This document shows positions 62,501 to 64,000 of a stretch of DNA of 64,000 bases, piece after piece; position 1 is the stretch's first letter; every line of letters starts with the position of its first letter. The position numbers and the translations under genes were made by a program. The notes below the pieces were generated by a model. That model had not been told where the DNA came from and searched no databases. It saw only the letters and a program-made list of their open reading frames with translations. This DNA comes from a virus, in the IMG/VR virus record IMGVR_UViG_3300045988_066341; one strand, given 5' to 3'.

Positions 62501-63512
62501 CAATACAAGTAGCCTTATACTTCCCGTAATAATCTATATCGGATATCCTAAGTCTGTTATGGGTCTTGGATATATACATATCATCGCCATCCATGACGCA
62601 ATAATATCCCATAGACCAGAATATTCTTCTTACGAAGGATATAATATACTCACTTTTGTAAACGACCTTAAAACGATCGTCACCAGTACTTATGCCGCAA
62701 GCTATCTTCATGAATGAGCTTATAAACAACTCCTTCTGTTTTTTGGATGAATAAATAATATCATCCATCTCCTTATTGCTTAACTCGAAGATCCTGTCGG
62801 TAGATCCACAAAGGAAAGAGGCGGTCAGAGACCCAAGGAGCTGGGGCGACATCAGCCACCGCCGCTCGGGGAAATCCACGGCCTCCCCTATGTCTATAGT
62901 CATCTTCTGGAAGTCAGAGTGGATGATACCCATAGTGCTCATGACTTTATAATCACCATGATATTTAACCTTCCACTGATGTTGACCGCAACATACTATA
63001 CTGCGCCCGTCCTCAAACGTCACCTTATACATATCAACGAACCCTTGAGGGTATACGCCTACTATAGTCGTAAGCTTACCATCATCGCCATATATGATAT
63101 CCCCGATATCAGCGAACCCTATCTTCTTAGGTCCATAAGGAGTATATATCAGCTCCGAGTCCAGAAGGGCCTTCCCAAAACGACGGGTACCGAACATCCC
63201 CAGCCCTTTCTTCTCCTGACGGGCACGTTGGTACATCTCAGCGAAAAACCATTCATTATCACGTAACCGGCTGATAGCAGGAACACGCTCCCCATTTGGA
63301 AGATCTTGAAATACGGGAAAGAAATTAACATGCCAATAAAGCCATGGCGGGATGAACGTACCGTTGATAGTCACCCCGTTCTTGACCTTATAAGCCTCCT
63401 CCGTGAAGAACTGCTTAACATCATCATCTTGATCCTCCCAGCCGAACAAATCGTTCCACACTGGAGGATTCTTCATGTTTACATAAAATTCTGGACTCGT
63501 GCTTAAACTCAT
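59580..63512 (-). CDS. terL: terminase large subunit precursor carrying two inteins (mature about 687 aa)
   Basis: Walker A GTRRFGK|T is split by intein 1. Walker B is TAIFDEVG, and the coupling motif is LAGTGG. The nuclease motif FIYVAG|CDPY is split by intein 2. Confidence 0.85.
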   Translation of the reverse strand: MSLSTSPEFYVNMKNPPVWNDLFGWEDQDDDVKQFFTEEAYKVKNGVTINGTFIPPWLYWHVNFFPVFQDLPNGERVPAISRLRDNEWFFAEMYQRARQEKKGLGMFGTRRFGKALLDSELIYTPYGPKKIGFADIGDIIYGDDGKLTTIVGVYPQGFVDMYKVTFEDGRSIVCCGQHQWKVKYHGDYKVMSTMGIIHSDFQKMTIDIGEAVDFPERRWLMSPQLLGSLTASFLCGSTDRIFELSNKEMDDIIYSSKKQKELFISSFMKIACGISTGDDRFKVVYKSEYIISFVRRIFWSMGYYCVMDGDDMYISKTHNRLRISDIDYYGKYKATCIEVDNKSHQFLTTNFVVSHNTTIMSSLLQMNATMTIGLSHSVVGFSDSDLSNIGEYCEYGLDHVHPFFRINRTKTDWSSGVTLGKRMSNGVRDIHAIISIANINMGRKTSTQKTAGLTPATAIFDEVGKGPIKKPYTAAMPSYDTPYGWRLSPILAGTGGEVELSKDAQEMFSDPETYNLLVMDWDILNRRAMKGKTWKERKWAMFVPGQMANSGVKRTIGLGDYLGKPDDKKLNKIKIDATDFEASTNKLNEERKKLSTKDRVAYTSHTMFYPFTIDDCFLSSSQNLFPVEYAIKHKNDLLESGQYSGMLCDVFLESGNKLGTTKSNKQLAGFPFSGGVIDAPVQIFEMPQSNRFDDFIYVAGCMPPGERVLTPDGYKNVEDVDYDDFLVNNEGDNVRIRKRLVRNMVEEDLYSIKMYNGVRINRFTSDHPIFVSDHKTVGRRVREDLFKFDYIPVKDIKEGQWTRIPNMYAEERMDIPGFRDYMLSDDFWWFVGMWLGNGWIDKQCRVQMAICFDYPEERDRYYKVIDNLFGIKPSERCRKGNWELNFKHVYLSEWLVNNFGKYCYGKYIPEFAKYLPFSMKVSLIHGYLDTDGSIHNDFRNYSGMDFVSVSMDLLEGIQDILLSLGVVGGISIMKKNRAEYIDGNKVKSQRSCYHLRIGHNYTVYFMKLVETLTPDYISKLSKVCMDTSTRKSPSTGIFISNDNKYIYVRISSITKEKYTGPVYNFECDTNNYLLRNISVHNCDPYKQAKSDTPSLGAFYVFKRRVGIRDPYAYRIVASYVSRPSSIDQFCRTCEVLQKGYGAICLMENADQMYEQYLNRKSGMPASFFLFAGEAIANKYVKAGSRQNSKLGLYPTPGNQNLLFSCVVDYCWQDFVIGYDDQTGLDITVKGIELIDDIALLDEIIQYKPGLNVDRIIAFGHALVLSRYFDDNNYMPKSKIEEMNNARKEDAYKHHEVYASAFGSVSIGAFR
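60270..61412 (-). mobile_element. intein 2 (381 aa) with LAGLIDADG homing-endonuclease domain, in the TerL nuclease domain
   Basis: Residues 701-1081. It starts CMPPGERVLTPDG, has block B TSDHPIF, carries dodecapeptides FVGMWLGNGWI and LIHGYLDTDGSI, and ends ISVHN, followed by +1 Cys. Confidence 0.85.
62445..63170 (-). mobile_element. intein 1 (242 aa), Ala1 class-3-like, in the TerL P-loop
   Basis: Residues 115-356. It starts ALLDSELIYTPYG, has block B GRSIVCCGQHQW and block F KATCIEV, and ends FVVSHN, followed by +1 Thr. Confidence 0.8.
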
Positions 63513-63829
63513 GATCGCATATTTTTTAATACGGATTCTATACCACCGGAAACCTGTCCCTTACGTTCCTTCTTCTGGACATTGCTTACACTCCTGTATA
63601 CATCCATAATCCCACTCTTCTCCATATACGAGTCATTCCATACGTTGATCTTATCGATCAGCTTGGATATGAAATCGAACGCCCTAGCCATATCCTCAGG
63701 CTTCTCCTTATCCCATGGATGCTTGGCGATATACGTCTTGGCGTCATCCACGGCCTTGGATATGACCTCAAGATTATCGTTTACCCGATCGACGTCCTTA
63801 CTCGTCGGCTTTCGTCTTCCCTGTGGCAT
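63509..63829 (-). CDS. hypothetical protein, 106 aa (small terminase candidate by position only)
   Basis: 4-nt overlap with the terL start. I recognise no motif. Confidence 0.3.
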   Translation of the reverse strand: MPQGRRKPTSKDVDRVNDNLEVISKAVDDAKTYIAKHPWDKEKPEDMARAFDFISKLIDKINVWNDSYMEKSGIMDVYRSVSNVQKKERKGQVSGGIESVLKNMRS

Positions 63830-64000
63830 TGGCTTTCATATCCTTAAACTCGTTATACTGTTTCATAAGAAGCTCATAAGATTGAACAACCCCGATCTTA
63901 CTTACTTCCGTCACGCTCATGTCATGGAACATATCCTCAAGCTCCTTGTCAGCATATCTAAGACGTTCCTTGTCATCATAAAACACGAATCCAGACGTTC
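63798..64000 (-). CDS. hypothetical protein, partial (5' end probably beyond the window)
   Basis: The frame stays open from 63986 to nt 64000 (...TSGFVFYDDKERLRY...). The track start is a GTG. Confidence 0.35.
   Translation of the reverse strand, partial: TSGFVFYDDKERLRYADKELEDMFHDMSVTEVSKIGVVQSYELLMKQYNEFKDMKANATGKTKADE

Noticed and set aside
1-64000. Genome-wide TGA=Trp (code 4) or TAG=Gln recoding, as in some gut phages.
   Set aside because: More than 55 kb of ORFs are uninterrupted under the standard code. TGA also acts as the apparent terminal stop of several well-delimited genes, for example 39229..39912 and 11093..11269. Only one in-frame TGA was found.
1-64000. CRISPR arrays, rRNA genes, integrase or attP, and serine or tyrosine invertases.
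   Set aside because: I saw no short direct repeats regularly spaced by unique spacers, no rRNA-like segments, and no ORF with recombinase motifs. Examples of such motifs are an N-terminal Ser-recombinase YxRVSTxxQ or the tyrosine-recombinase R..HxxR..Y tetrad. The absence of a recombinase applies only to this window.

Overview
The window is a contiguous late/structural region of a large tailed dsDNA phage. About 50 genes are tightly packed and almost all are on the minus strand. Two things point to a Bacteroidota host: TAnnTTTG boxes recur 16-27 nt upstream of start codons, and several proteins carry BACON-like domains. The phage may be crAss-like, but I cannot verify that without searches. 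Reading right to left, the genes are: two small ORFs; TerL (1310 aa, split by two inteins); a portal candidate; an acidic scaffold-like protein; an MCP candidate; several virion proteins; a 919-aa protein of 12 tandem repeats; a 799-aa fibre-like protein; three tandem LRR-like paralogs; a Gly-rich protein; and a lysis cassette (M15 endolysin, holin, u-spanin). Next comes a plus-strand tRNA-Cys with its own promoter and terminator. It is followed by a 0.74-kb AT-rich gap holding a GC-rich island, then a block of small Cys-rich paralogs, two KilA-N moron cassettes and a 1487-aa protein of about 16 tandem repeats. After that are a TnpB-only IS200/IS605-type insertion, a giant protein of about 2170 aa, a fibre-like gene interrupted by an in-frame TGA, a lysozyme-domain virion protein and three further very large proteins. 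I saw no rRNA, no CRISPR array and no recognisable integrase or invertase. The strongest finding concerns the 3' end of the 1487-aa gene. It shares a near-identical inverted repeat with two silent, opposite-strand cassettes that encode alternative C-terminal tip domains. This is a shufflon / Mu G-segment-like layout for switching a putative receptor-binding tip, with no recombinase in view. Other notable items:
- A class-3-like intein (Ala1, Trp B:12, Cys F:4) in the TerL P-loop, plus a second LAGLIDADG intein.
- Two C9 homopolymer tracts just upstream of tail-type genes.
- Punctate GC3-rich islands inside otherwise AT-rich genes.
All functional calls rest on motifs I recognise by eye. No database search was run.
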